A stretch of DNA of 64,000 nucleotides from an uncultured Actinomycetes bacterium (GCA_963709345.1 CAVPVX010000001.1:192001-256000); one strand, 5' to 3'. Shown: positions 10,210-19,787, counted from the stretch's first letter. Notes: generated by a model from the sequence alone, not told the origin. Program-made: numbers and translations.

Positions 10210-10788
10210 GTGGGCACGCCCGTGGCCGGGCCCCTCCTCTGCCTCGTCACCCTCGGCGTGCGCCGCGGGGAACTTCTCGGCCTCACCTGGGACGACGTCG
10301 ACTTCGATGCTGCTCAGGTCGCAGTACGGCGCACGCTGGAGGAATCCTCATCCGGCGTCATGCTCAAGCAGCCGAAGACGGTGTGCGCCACCCGCACGCT
10401 CGCCTTGCACGAAGTCACGGCCGAGGCCCTGCGTGAGCATCGGCGCGCGCAGCGGGAGATGAGGCTGCGCCACGGCCCTCGCTACAACGTCAAGAAACTC
10501 GTCTTCTCCGGAGCGGACGGTGAACCCTGGTGGAGCTCGAACTTCGCTCGCGCCTGCCGACGCGTCTTCGATGACGCCGGCCTCTTCCGCTCACGGCTGC
10601 ACGACCTACGGCATACGCACGCGACGATGCTGCTGCGCGCCGGGGTGCACCCCAGGGTGGTCAGCGAGCGCCTCGGACACAGCTCGATCTCGATGACTCT
10701 GGACACGTTTTCGCACGTGATGCCGGGGATGCAAGCGGAGGCCGCAGAGCGCATAGACCAGAGCATGCGAGCTGCACTCCCCGGATGA
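10210..10788 (+). pseudogene. Tyrosine integrase catalytic-domain remnant
   Basis: GVRRGELLGLTWDDVD, RLHDLRHTHATMLL, LGHSSISMTLDTFSH. N-terminal domains are absent and the nucleophile position is Phe. Confidence 0.85.
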
Positions 10789-11127
10789 CCCGCTGTGGCC
10801 CCGGTGGGGATGCGCGCCCCAGGCGCAACACCGTACCACAGGCTCAAGAGGGCCGGTAAGGCAGCCTTTGAGAGAGGCAACATGTCGCCACAGCCCCGGC
10901 ATGGTGCTCCGCATGGCGCAGACCCCCGGTCGTTGGCGGCCCGCCGGGGGAGCTGTTGCGACCTGCAGTTGTACACGCAGCGCTTCCATGGCGGCGGGAG
11001 GACGACGCACGACTGCCGGCAGAGACCCAAGCGACCTAGCGACCGAGGCGACCACTCTCCACCCCGTGCGGGCGCACGTCTCCAACCCGCGTATGACGAC
11101 GCTCGACACCCGGAGCCCCAAAAGGGG

Positions 11128-11153
11128 CGAGGCCCCGGAGGGCCGGGGCCTCG
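11128..11153 (-). terminator. GC-rich hairpin, probable intrinsic terminator
   Basis: cgaggccccgg-aggg-ccggggcctcg, a perfect 11-bp stem followed by CCCCTTTT on the minus strand. Confidence 0.5.
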
Positions 11154-11384
11154 TACAAGGGCTTGGGGGGAAACCCTCGCTTTGGGGGGGTCTATCGCTT
11201 GCCAGCGAAAGGAGCCACTCACATCCTGCCCGGTGAATGTTGCGAGCCTGTGAAGGGGACGCGAACGAGTGCGAAGACATCGGTGACTCCGGAGCGACAG
11301 GACCGCGTTCCGCACGACCCCAGCGGATCCGGCTGGGAGCGCGCCCGCTGATGCCATGGCGGCCGCGCCGCCAGCTCGACTGCC

Positions 11385-11719
11385 CGGCGATCGCCCGGTC
11401 CGCCGATGCTCAACCCGACCAGGTAGTGGTTCTCGGCGAGGGACGCCGCCCACTCGTCGTCGAGCAGCACGCCGTTGGTCCGGATGGTGCACTCGACCGC
11501 CACGCCTCGAGGCACGTGGGCTGCCTCGACCGCCCCGTCCCGTCAGAAGAAGTCGAGGCCCATGAGCATCGGCACACCGCCCTGCCAGGCGCCGGTCACC
11601 TGCAGGACACGCTGGACGTCCACGGTCTGTGCGATGGAGGCCTCCATGACCTCGTCCGTCATGCGGAAGTCGCCGCCCGGGTGCAGACGGTCCTTCTCGA
11701 GAAAGAAGCAGTGGCCACA
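11385..11719 (-). pseudogene. Anaerobic sulfatase-maturase (radical SAM) fragment
   Basis: CGHCFFLEKDRLHPGGDFRMTDEVME..AWQGGVPMLMGLDFF* (stop 11543-11545), then in frame TIRTNGVLLDDEWAASLAENHYLVGLSIGGP. Confidence 0.75.
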
Positions 11720-11722
11720 GCG

Positions 11723-12970
11723 TCAGCCCTGCGGCATCACGCCGTCGAGCCACTCGTACATCCGCAGGTCGTAGAGGCTTCGGGCCTTGGGCTCGCAGTG
11801 CCAGGCCGCGCCTTCGTCCCGCTTGAACGGCATCAGCTTCACCGGGCAGGTGAGCTTGCCGGCGAGCTCCTGGGACTGCCCGGGCCAGAACTGCTCGTCG
11901 TCGGGGTCGGCGATGAACATCGGGCAGGTGATCTGCTCGACCACGTCGCGCAGATTGAACTTCCGCGACGCCGCGTACCACTCGTAGTAACTGGTCGTGC
12001 CGTAGGGCTTCATCCGCCACTTGACCTCCTGAAGGGCGGCCGAGGGCGCGGCCTTCAGGCCCTGGTCGAAGTACGTGTCGAAATCGGCCTTGTCGCCGGC
12101 GTCCAGGAGCGGCAGCATCTCCGGCGGCAGGCTCTTGCTCATGATCGTGAAGACGTCCATGACGCCGGGGTCGGCGATGCCGGCCGCGATTCGGTGCTCG
12201 AACGCCAGGGCGCGCGGCACCCAGTAGCCGCCCTGGCTGAGACCGGAGAGGGCGATGCGCGCAGGGTCGATGTCGTCGCGCGCCACCAGCAGGTCGACGA
12301 TCGGCGTGATGACCTTCTCCCAGTCGTAGCGCCAGGGGACGTCGTGCAGCCACAGCATGCTGTTCTGCCCGGGGCCGTCAAAGACGAGCGCGGCGTAGCC
12401 GCGCGCCAGGGCGCCCGCGGCCCCGGACGACCACATGATGCTGGTGGCACCGTCGCTGCCGTTGTTGAAGATGACGACCGGCAGCTTACCGGTGGCGCCG
12501 CGTGGTCGGAAGAGCCAGCCCGGCATGGGGACGTCGGCGTCCGGGCATGGGATCTCGACCCTCTCAGCCGGTGGATCGAGTCGGGCGCAGAACGACTCCC
12601 AGCAGGCCAGATGCTGCTTCCAGGCCGGGAGTTGCCGGGAGGGGTCGTCGGTGCCGTCGATGAAGAGGACCGAGTTGGCATAGTAGTTGGCGGCCCGCAG
12701 ATAGGCGGCCCGGGCGCTCACGTCGTGGCCGGCCGCGGCAGAAGCATCGGCCAGGCCGCGGACGCGTTCCGCGGTGGCGCGCCACGCCCCGTACCAGCTC
12801 TCGAAGTCCCCGTCCGTGATGCCGTCGACCACCGCGAGGATCTCGCCGGTGTCCGACCCTCCGTAGTAGCTGCGGCCGAGGATCGCCTGGATCTGGTAGT
12901 CCATCTCCTCGTGCTGGAGGAAGTAGTGCCTGGCGCCCGTGGTCTGCGTCCCGCCGGTCTTGTCCGCCAT
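11723..12970 (-). CDS. Alpha/beta hydrolase (S9/FrsA-like)
   Basis: AYLRAANYY, NGSDG, FDGPGQ, nucleophile GLSQGGY, GAAWHCE. Confidence 0.85.
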   Translation of the reverse strand: MADKTGGTQTTGARHYFLQHEEMDYQIQAILGRSYYGGSDTGEILAVVDGITDGDFESWYGAWRATAERVRGLADASAAAGHDVSARAAYLRAANYYANSVLFIDGTDDPSRQLPAWKQHLACWESFCARLDPPAERVEIPCPDADVPMPGWLFRPRGATGKLPVVIFNNGSDGATSIMWSSGAAGALARGYAALVFDGPGQNSMLWLHDVPWRYDWEKVITPIVDLLVARDDIDPARIALSGLSQGGYWVPRALAFEHRIAAGIADPGVMDVFTIMSKSLPPEMLPLLDAGDKADFDTYFDQGLKAAPSAALQEVKWRMKPYGTTSYYEWYAASRKFNLRDVVEQITCPMFIADPDDEQFWPGQSQELAGKLTCPVKLMPFKRDEGAAWHCEPKARSLYDLRMYEWLDGVMPQG

Positions 12971-13235
12971 CGTGACTCCCGTCGGCCGTTGGTCCCGTGC
13001 GACTCTCTTCGGACGCGGCGTCGTCCTTCTTGAGCCACACCGTGAACTCCGCCGGGACAATCGCGGGCCACGTCCGGGCGCCGTCCCCGCAGATTGACAC
13101 TGTACCAACGGTGTTCACGAGTCCGGCCTGGGGAGATTGATTGAGACCTCGTGAATGAGGTCGGCAGATTCCAACCGCGCAGCCACAGCGTCGGAACGGG
13201 GCAACAGCGCCGGCGCCGAGAGGTGAGGTGTCACC

Positions 13236-13604
13236 ATGAAGATTTCAGCACAACGCCGGGCGAGTCCCGGCGTCGTCGCAGCCACGGGCTCCTCGTCGGC
13301 CGCGGGTACTGCCGGCCGCGGTGGGGTCACGGCTTTCGCCGCGTCCACGCCATCCGCCGGCACCCAGGGCAGGGGCGGCATCGCATCCGTCCCGGCGACC
13401 ACAGCGGGCGTCGCCGCCCAGGCGCAGCCCACGTCGTCCGGTTCCTCGGGCACCACGACATGGATCTGGGTCGGCGTGGCGCTGGCCGTCCTGGCCGGCA
13501 GCGTCGCGGCGTGGGCCGTCTTCCGTCGCCGCCGCGCACAAGGGGAGCCGTCGTCGGAGTACTGCTCGACGCATCCCGACGACGCGCTCTGCCGAGCGGC
13601 CTGA
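13236..13604 (+). CDS. Small Ser/Gly/Thr-rich protein with C-terminal membrane anchor (possibly a remnant)
   Basis: GAGGTG SD before the ATG; WIWVGVALAVLAGSVAAWAVF-RRRR anchor. Confidence 0.4.
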   Translation: MKISAQRRASPGVVAATGSSSAAGTAGRGGVTAFAASTPSAGTQGRGGIASVPATTAGVAAQAQPTSSGSSGTTTWIWVGVALAVLAGSVAAWAVFRRRRAQGEPSSEYCSTHPDDALCRAA

Positions 13605-13744
13605 CAGGCGTGCGGAGAGGGCGCGGTCGGTGGAGAAGAGCTGAAAGCCACGACCGCCCGGCGAGGACGGACGGCCGAGGAGCGACTCGGCCTGGGCCCT
13701 CCAGCGTGCCTCCATCGGGCGCGCCCAGCTCGTGGTGGGGCTCC

Positions 13745-13990
13745 CCGGCGCCGCTGCGCTTGGCCTCGTACATCAGACCGTCCGCCTGCTGAATGAGATC
13801 GTCGAGGGAGACCTCGGCGCTGGGGTCGACCGCGACGATGCCGTGGCTCAGGCTGAGCCGGAACGGCCGCCATGCGCTGCCGTTGCGCTCGCCGAGGGCC
13901 TGCTCAAGGCGGCCGAGGAGACTCCACACGGCCCCTGCATCGGCCTCTACGACGAGCGCCACGAACTCGCCGCCGCCCGCGCCCCTCGCA
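13745..13990 (-). pseudogene. GGDEF domain C-terminal fragment
   Basis: GGGEFVAL...LSLSHGIV...LIQQADGLMYEAKRSG; the N-terminal half is missing. Confidence 0.7.
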
Positions 13991-14117
13991 TCCAACCCCG
14001 TCTGGACCCAGGCCGTGCCGGCCAAGCGCCAGCACAACCACGTATGGGTTGCAGAATGATTGCAGATCGGGGCTTCGGGCGGAGGGTCTGGCGAGACGCG
14101 AAATCGCTGCAAATCGC

Positions 14118-14194
<77 letters not shown>

Positions 14195-14309
14195 ACAGGG
14201 GTCTGGAGTCTACGAGCGCGGCGGCGAGGCGTCAACCGCGCGAGGGCCGCGCCGGTAGCGCGTTCCACGGGGTCCTGCATCCGGATGCGGCGCCGGTGCA
14301 CCGCAGGAC

Positions 14310-15935
14310 TCAGCGCACATCCCACACGTGCACGACGGAGTCGTCGCCGTCGGCCAGCGGCTCCAGGACGAACAGGCGGCTGTGGGCGCGGTCGAAGGCG
14401 ATGGCGCCCACGTGGTACTTCTGCTGGTCCGAGCGTACCGCGAAGAGATAGTCGTCGATGGGCAGGCTCGCGTAGGGCTGCGGCCGGTCGGGATCGAGCG
14501 ACCTGGCGGCGATCGCCGCCAGGTCCGCCGGGTCGTAGAAGAGCAGCTCGCCGAAGAAGGAGTTGCTCCACCAGCCACGGTCGCCGTCCGGCGGCACCGG
14601 CGGGTACGGCGGTTCGTCCGGCCACACAGTGCCGTCGGAGAAGCCGTACCAGCAGTCGCCGGTGCCCTTGGTGCCGGCGAAGATCACCGCGGAGCGGCCG
14701 GCGGCGGAGCCGTCTCCGGCCGTGACCCACGCCGCGCCGGACCACTCGTCGCTGTGGTGGTAGCCGGCGAGGATGTGCTCCTCGCCGTTCCAGACGTTGT
14801 CATACAGCAGCAGCGGCAGCGCCGGCACAGTCCCCCCCGCGGGAGTGGAGTCGACCGCGGCCGGCGAGAACAGCAGTATCGACGGGCCCATCGTGCCCTG
14901 GCCGCCGTCGCGAAAGCGCCCGGTCGCGAGCGACTTGCCGGGCGCGTGCTCCGCCGCCCACTCCGGGTCAACGGAGAAGAGGTAGTCGCAGGTGATGAAG
15001 TCCTCGTAGCCGCCGACGGACCAGGGTCCCTGCGGGTCCGGAGCGGAGAGGTCGAGCCCGCACCACATGTGCGTCGCGTTCGCCTCGCCCAGCTGCATGT
15101 GCCGTCCCCACCCCATGAAGAGGCGTCCCTCGGCGTGTCCGCCCCCGGGCGCGACGTACTCGAGGTCGGCGCGCCGGATCTCCTCCCCGAGGTCGGGGTA
15201 CAGATCACCGCGGACGTTCGCGAACGGCTGCAACGTGCGCGCCCGCGGCAGGTCCGCCGGATCCTTGTCGGCGGAGACGACGGGCGCGGGAATGCTCACC
15301 TCGCTCAGATCATGCTGCCAGTCGTGGCCGATGCCGAAGAGCGAGCCGGGGTAGCCGTCGACGTCACCCCCCGGGTCGCCCTCGGGGTAGTACGTCAGTC
15401 CATCGCCACTCCAGTCCCATGACGACGTCCCGGACGGGCCGGGCAGGCGGAAGGCGCCGGCGTAGACGAGGGCGGCCGGGTCGAGGCGGCCTGCGACCCA
15501 CGGCCCGGGCACCGAAAGCCGCAAGCTGCGGCGACGCACCTGGCCGCGCCAGACGGCTCGGACACGGACGGTGACGGTCTTGCCAGCAAGCGATGCGCCG
15601 AACGTGCGTCTGAACGTCACCCGCCCTGTCCGGCCGGTCGTCTTGGTCCCGCGCGCGACCCGGTCGGGCAGCACCCAGGCGATGTGCACGCGCACATCGC
15701 GCAGCGGCCGGCGGGCGCGATCATGAGCGCGCACGCGTATCGTGACCGCCCGGCCCACGGCCGGAGTGAGCGTGGAGGCCGCGGCCGTCAGCACGAGCCG
15801 CCGCGGCCCGGCGTCGCGCTGCGCCGCGGCGGGCGAGGCGACACCGGCGCCTGCCGCCACCGCCGCGAGGACGCCGGCGGCCGCGGCGGCCAGAGCGACC
15901 GCGACGATCCCTGCTGTCGCTCGCTTGCGTTTCAC
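14310..15935 (-). CDS. Secreted hypothetical protein (signal peptide, basic beta-rich domain, acidic beta-rich domain)
   Basis: MKRKR + hydrophobic signal, SD GAAGGAG, 541-aa ORF with GC3-rich codons. Confidence 0.75.
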   Translation of the reverse strand: MKRKRATAGIVAVALAAAAAGVLAAVAAGAGVASPAAAQRDAGPRRLVLTAAASTLTPAVGRAVTIRVRAHDRARRPLRDVRVHIAWVLPDRVARGTKTTGRTGRVTFRRTFGASLAGKTVTVRVRAVWRGQVRRRSLRLSVPGPWVAGRLDPAALVYAGAFRLPGPSGTSSWDWSGDGLTYYPEGDPGGDVDGYPGSLFGIGHDWQHDLSEVSIPAPVVSADKDPADLPRARTLQPFANVRGDLYPDLGEEIRRADLEYVAPGGGHAEGRLFMGWGRHMQLGEANATHMWCGLDLSAPDPQGPWSVGGYEDFITCDYLFSVDPEWAAEHAPGKSLATGRFRDGGQGTMGPSILLFSPAAVDSTPAGGTVPALPLLLYDNVWNGEEHILAGYHHSDEWSGAAWVTAGDGSAAGRSAVIFAGTKGTGDCWYGFSDGTVWPDEPPYPPVPPDGDRGWWSNSFFGELLFYDPADLAAIAARSLDPDRPQPYASLPIDDYLFAVRSDQQKYHVGAIAFDRAHSRLFVLEPLADGDDSVVHVWDVR

Positions 15936-16074
15936 GTCGTCTCCTTCTCACTCCGTGCATCGGCACTCCGCGCCTGCCGCTGAGCGTCCGGCGTTGCCAG
16001 ACCGGCCGACTGCTGTCGGACGTCGTGCCGGAGCACCGCGGCCGCTGCTGAGACGACCCGGACCCCGAGGAGAC

Positions 16075-16598
16075 GTGATTCCTGTACGCAGAAACGAGCG
16101 CAGTGGTCAAGGCGCTGCTCCAAGAGGCCGGCAAGGCCCTCGTCCGTGGCTGGTTCAAACAGGCCGAGCAGGTGGCCTCCAGCGTCGTCACGTACGCGGA
16201 GACGTGCGCCACGCTCAAGAGGAACGGCCGTCTCGGAGGGACTGACCCGGGCAGGATGCGCAGGCAGCCCGCGGAGTCTGACGCACAGTGGCGCGAGTTC
16301 CTGGTCCTGCGTGTCGCGGGACGCGCCGTCGGTCGCATGGCGCTGGTCCACGGGCCGCCGCGGCATGGGCACCGTACAGTTCGGCGCGGCGGTCGCGATC
16401 CGCAAGACGACCGCCATCCACGCGCCCGAGGCCGACGTCGTCGTCGCCGCCTTCGACCGGCGCCTGCTCGAGGCCGCCGAGCGAGAGGGCTTCATCACGC
16501 TCGGCGGTCCGCTCGCGTCGCAGCTCGGGGCGGACGGCGCAGCGTCACGCGGGCGGGCCGCGCAGCCGCTCCCGCCTCTCTTGTCACGTACGGTGTGA
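16075..16598 (+). pseudogene. VapC/PIN-domain toxin, frameshifted
   Basis: SD GAGGAG + GTG, then LYAETSAVVKALLQEAG..ASSVVTYAE and, after a second shift, RGMGTVQFGAA..AAFDRRLLEAAEREG. Catalytic Asp positions are altered. Confidence 0.65.
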
Positions 16599-16627
16599 GG
16601 TCCCCGGCCTTGCCGTATACTCACTCC

Positions 16628-17257
16628 ATGAGCGAAGTCCAGGAAATGGTCATCTACGGCGTCAGCTTCGACGTCATCGGCAAGCAGCCGATCGTGCTGC
16701 TCAAGACGGTGGAGGGCAATCGCTTCCTCCCCATCTGGATCGGGCACCCCGAAGCCGCCGCCATCCTCATCAAGCTGCAGGGCACCAGCCTCCCGCGGCC
16801 GATGACCCACGACCTGCTCACCAGCGTCATCGGCCAGTTCCACGCTGAGGTCTCGCGCATCACCGTGACCGAGCTCAAGGAGAGCACCTTCTACGCCCGG
16901 CTCACTCTCATGAGAGACGGTGAGGAAGTGGACATCGACTCACGCCCCAGTGACGCCCTGGCCCTCGCCGTGCGCACCGACGCGCCGATCTTCGCCAGCA
17001 CCGAGCTCATCGACGAGAACGCCATCGAGTTCGAGCGCGAGGTCGACGACACCGAGGAGATCATCGAGGGCTTCCGCGACTTTCTCGAAGGCGTCACTCC
17101 AGACGACTTCCGCACCGCCGAGGTCACGGCCGACGACGAGGCCTACGCCATCGACGCCGACGAGGATGAGGACGACGACGAAGAGGACGACGACGAAGAG
17201 GACGACGACGAAGAGGACGAGTTCGACGACAAGGCCGGCGGCGGCCCGCACAACTAG
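16628..17257 (+). CDS. Bifunctional nuclease family (DUF151) protein with acidic tail
   Basis: PIVLLK, LPIWIGHPEAAAI, RPMTHDLL, IDSRPSDALALAVR; TATACT 6 nt upstream. Confidence 0.9.
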   Translation: MSEVQEMVIYGVSFDVIGKQPIVLLKTVEGNRFLPIWIGHPEAAAILIKLQGTSLPRPMTHDLLTSVIGQFHAEVSRITVTELKESTFYARLTLMRDGEEVDIDSRPSDALALAVRTDAPIFASTELIDENAIEFEREVDDTEEIIEGFRDFLEGVTPDDFRTAEVTADDEAYAIDADEDEDDDEEDDDEEDDDEEDEFDDKAGGGPHN

Positions 17258-17328
17258 CGCCGGCGCCACTCGCCGCTCTCGCCGGCCCCCCGATTGCGCA
17301 TCCACGACTCCACGACGAAAGGCCCCCC

Positions 17329-17619
17329 GTGAGCACGCCCAACGACGACCCCGTCATCAAGCAGTTCCGCGACCAGATCAGCGACAACGACCTCAAGATC
17401 GTCGACCTGATCAACAAGCGGCTGAAGCTCGTCGACAAGCTCTGGCGCTACAAGGCCGAGCACGGGATCGACATGGAGAGCCCGGAGCGCGAGGAGTGGA
17501 TGCTCACCTTCCTCTCGCGCGCCAACAAGGGGCCGCTTGCGCCGGAGGCGCTCGCGCAGGTGTACAGGGCCATCGTCGAGACGACCAAGGCGGAGGCCAG
17601 GCGGCTCGGGGCCGGCTGA
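17329..17619 (+). CDS. Chorismate mutase type II (AroQ-like)
   Basis: FRDQISDNDLKIVDLINKRLKLVDKLWRYK..SPEREE. Confidence 0.75.
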   Translation: MSTPNDDPVIKQFRDQISDNDLKIVDLINKRLKLVDKLWRYKAEHGIDMESPEREEWMLTFLSRANKGPLAPEALAQVYRAIVETTKAEARRLGAG

Positions 17620-17643
17620 GGCGCGCAGCGCCCCGCCCGGCCT

Positions 17644-19089
17644 TCAGCCCTTGAGCACGCCGAGCGGCCGCAGGCGCGCGACCTTGCGCGAGAGGCCGAT
17701 TGCGTCCACGACGGCGACGACGTCGGCCACGTCCTTGTAGGCGAACGGCGCCTCTTCGGCCAGCAGGCCGACCGACGCCGATTTCACCACGATGCCGCGC
17801 TCCTCCAGCTCGCGGCGCACATCCGGCCCACTCCTGACCTTGCGCGCCGCGTGGCGCGAGAGCGTACGGCCGGCGCCGTGGCACGTCGAACCGAAGCTCT
17901 CGGTCATCGCCGTCTCGGTGCCGGCGAGCAGCCAGCTCTCGCTGCCCATGTCACCGGGGATGATCACCGGCTGGCCGATGGCCCGGTAGTCCGAAGGCAC
18001 CTCGGGGCGACCGGGGCCGAAGGCCCGCGTCGCCCCCTTGCGGTGCACCCACACCGAGCGGTGGCGGCCGTCGACGACGTGGGTCTCCTTCTTCGCGATG
18101 TTGTGCGCCACGTCGTACACGAGTTCCACGCCGAGACGCTCCCAGCTGCTCCGGAACACCTGCTCGAAGGCCCCGCGGACCTCGTGCAGCATCATCTGCC
18201 GGTTGGCGAAGGCGAAGTTGCAGGCGCAGGCCATGGCCACCAGGTACTCTCGGGCCTCGGGCGAGCCGAGCGGCGCGCAGGCGAGCTGCCTGTCGGGCAG
18301 CTCGATGCCGGCGCGCGCCGCCGCGCTCGCCATCCGAGCCACGTGGTCGGTGCAGATCTGGTGGCCGAACCCGCGCGAACCGGAGTGGATCATCACGACC
18401 ACCTGGCCGGCGGCGACACCGAAGGCCCTCGCCGCCTTTTCGTCCACCACCTCGTCCACGAACTGGATCTCGAGGAAGTGGTTGCCCGAGCCCAGACTGC
18501 CGACCTGCAGGCGGCCGCGCTCCATGGCCCGACGGCTCACGACGCGCGCGTCGGCGCCCAGCAGCATCCCGTTCTCCTCAGTGTGCTCGAGGTCGCGCTC
18601 CGTCGCGAGACCCCGCGCCGCCAGATACGCGGCTCCGCCTTCGGCCAGCCGCTCCAGCTCGCCCTCGGCCACATCCAGAGCTCCGCCGCGCCCTGTCCCC
18701 TGCGGCACCCGCCGCATCACCTCGCTCAGGAGCGGCTCGAGCCGCGGCCGGACCTCGTCCACGCCCAGTCCCGTCCGCACCAGGCGCACGCCGCAGTTGA
18801 TGTCGAACCCCACACCGCCCGGCGAGACGACACCGTCGGACGCGTCGAACGCAGCCACGCCTCCGATGGGAAAGCCGTAACCCCAATGGATATCGGGCAT
18901 CGCGATGCTGGCTGTGACGATGCCCGGCAGGGTCGCGACGTTGGCGACCTGCTGCAGCGCCTCCTCATGCCCGGCCTGCTCGAAGAGGCTGGGGTGCCCG
19001 TACACGCGGCCGGGCACGCGCATCGCACCCTCGGCCGGGATCTCCCAGGTGAACTCGCCTGTGCGCTCGACGCGCATCGTCGCCGGCAC
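17644..19089 (-). CDS. rtcB: RNA-splicing/repair ligase RtcB
   Basis: MPDIHWGYGFPIGG, DINCG, GSGNHFLE, HSGSRG, AHN, HRKGAT, HGAGR, EEAPFAYK. Confidence 0.97.
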   Translation of the reverse strand: MPATMRVERTGEFTWEIPAEGAMRVPGRVYGHPSLFEQAGHEEALQQVANVATLPGIVTASIAMPDIHWGYGFPIGGVAAFDASDGVVSPGGVGFDINCGVRLVRTGLGVDEVRPRLEPLLSEVMRRVPQGTGRGGALDVAEGELERLAEGGAAYLAARGLATERDLEHTEENGMLLGADARVVSRRAMERGRLQVGSLGSGNHFLEIQFVDEVVDEKAARAFGVAAGQVVVMIHSGSRGFGHQICTDHVARMASAAARAGIELPDRQLACAPLGSPEAREYLVAMACACNFAFANRQMMLHEVRGAFEQVFRSSWERLGVELVYDVAHNIAKKETHVVDGRHRSVWVHRKGATRAFGPGRPEVPSDYRAIGQPVIIPGDMGSESWLLAGTETAMTESFGSTCHGAGRTLSRHAARKVRSGPDVRRELEERGIVVKSASVGLLAEEAPFAYKDVADVVAVVDAIGLSRKVARLRPLGVLKG

Positions 19090-19106
19090 CCCCCTCCGCC
19101 CGGCCC

Positions 19107-19526
19107 TCAGACGTCCAGAAGGACGAACCCCTCCCAGCCACCCTCGCGCTTCTCAAGGGCGAGGGCGTGCAGGGTCGCCGCCTTGACGCCGCCGCAGAGG
19201 ACGTGGCGATCGCCGTCCATGAGTTCACCCGTGACCCGGGCGCGCAGGCTCTTCTCGCCCACCTCGAGCACCTCGAACCGGGTGAGCACCAGCCGGCGCG
19301 CCTCGAAGATGTACAGCAACTCGTTGAGCCAGGCCGCCAGCAGCAGATCCTGTGCCTCCGCCTTGAGCGTGACCTCGACGGACTCGCGCTCGTCCACTTC
19401 GCGCGGGTCGCAGACCAGCGAGAAGAGAGCGCGCGCCGCCTGCTCGAAGACGTCGGCCTGCGTCGCGCCCCAGGCGTGCACGCCGATGTCGGCGGTGTGC
19501 TCGATCAGTTCGTATCCCGCGCCCAT
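19107..19526 (-). CDS. Archease
   Basis: EHTADIG, WLNELLY, VKAATLH, LLDV C-terminus; immediately upstream of rtcB. Confidence 0.95.
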   Translation of the reverse strand: MGAGYELIEHTADIGVHAWGATQADVFEQAARALFSLVCDPREVDERESVEVTLKAEAQDLLLAAWLNELLYIFEARRLVLTRFEVLEVGEKSLRARVTGELMDGDRHVLCGGVKAATLHALALEKREGGWEGFVLLDV

Positions 19527-19619
19527 AGGCGGACTCTACCCCTTCCGGGAGCGGAGCAGGCCGTCGAGCCGGGGCGCAGAATCGTCTGGAGGTACGGGGA
19601 GCGGGAAGGGAGGCGCCCG

Positions 19620-19787
19620 ATGGCTGGCAGAACGACCTACTGGCTGGCGGTCGGCGACATGGTCGCCGGCGTCGTCGTCGGCTTCTACGCGTGGTTCGAG
19701 GGACCGGGGTGGCTCGCGCTCGTCGGCGCGGCGCTCGTCGTCGGCGGAGCGGTCACGATCCTGGTCACGCGGTCGCTCCGGGTCTGA
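19620..19787 (+). CDS. Small two-TM membrane protein (55 aa)
   Basis: SD GGGAGG; two hydrophobic segments. Confidence 0.55.
   Translation: MAGRTTYWLAVGDMVAGVVVGFYAWFEGPGWLALVGAALVVGGAVTILVTRSLRV

Noticed and set aside
11030-11100. SRAP peptidase C-terminal remnant (HPVRAHVSNPR)
   Set aside because: Similarity is too short to support by eye.
11160-11200. c-di-AMP (ydaO) riboswitch
   Set aside because: Only a loose GGGGAA..TTTGGGG resemblance; the GCTGAATC and CAGCTAAC elements are absent.
16103-16627. PIN-DUF151 fusion protein
   Set aside because: The PIN part is frameshifted and DUF151 has its own leaderless promoter.
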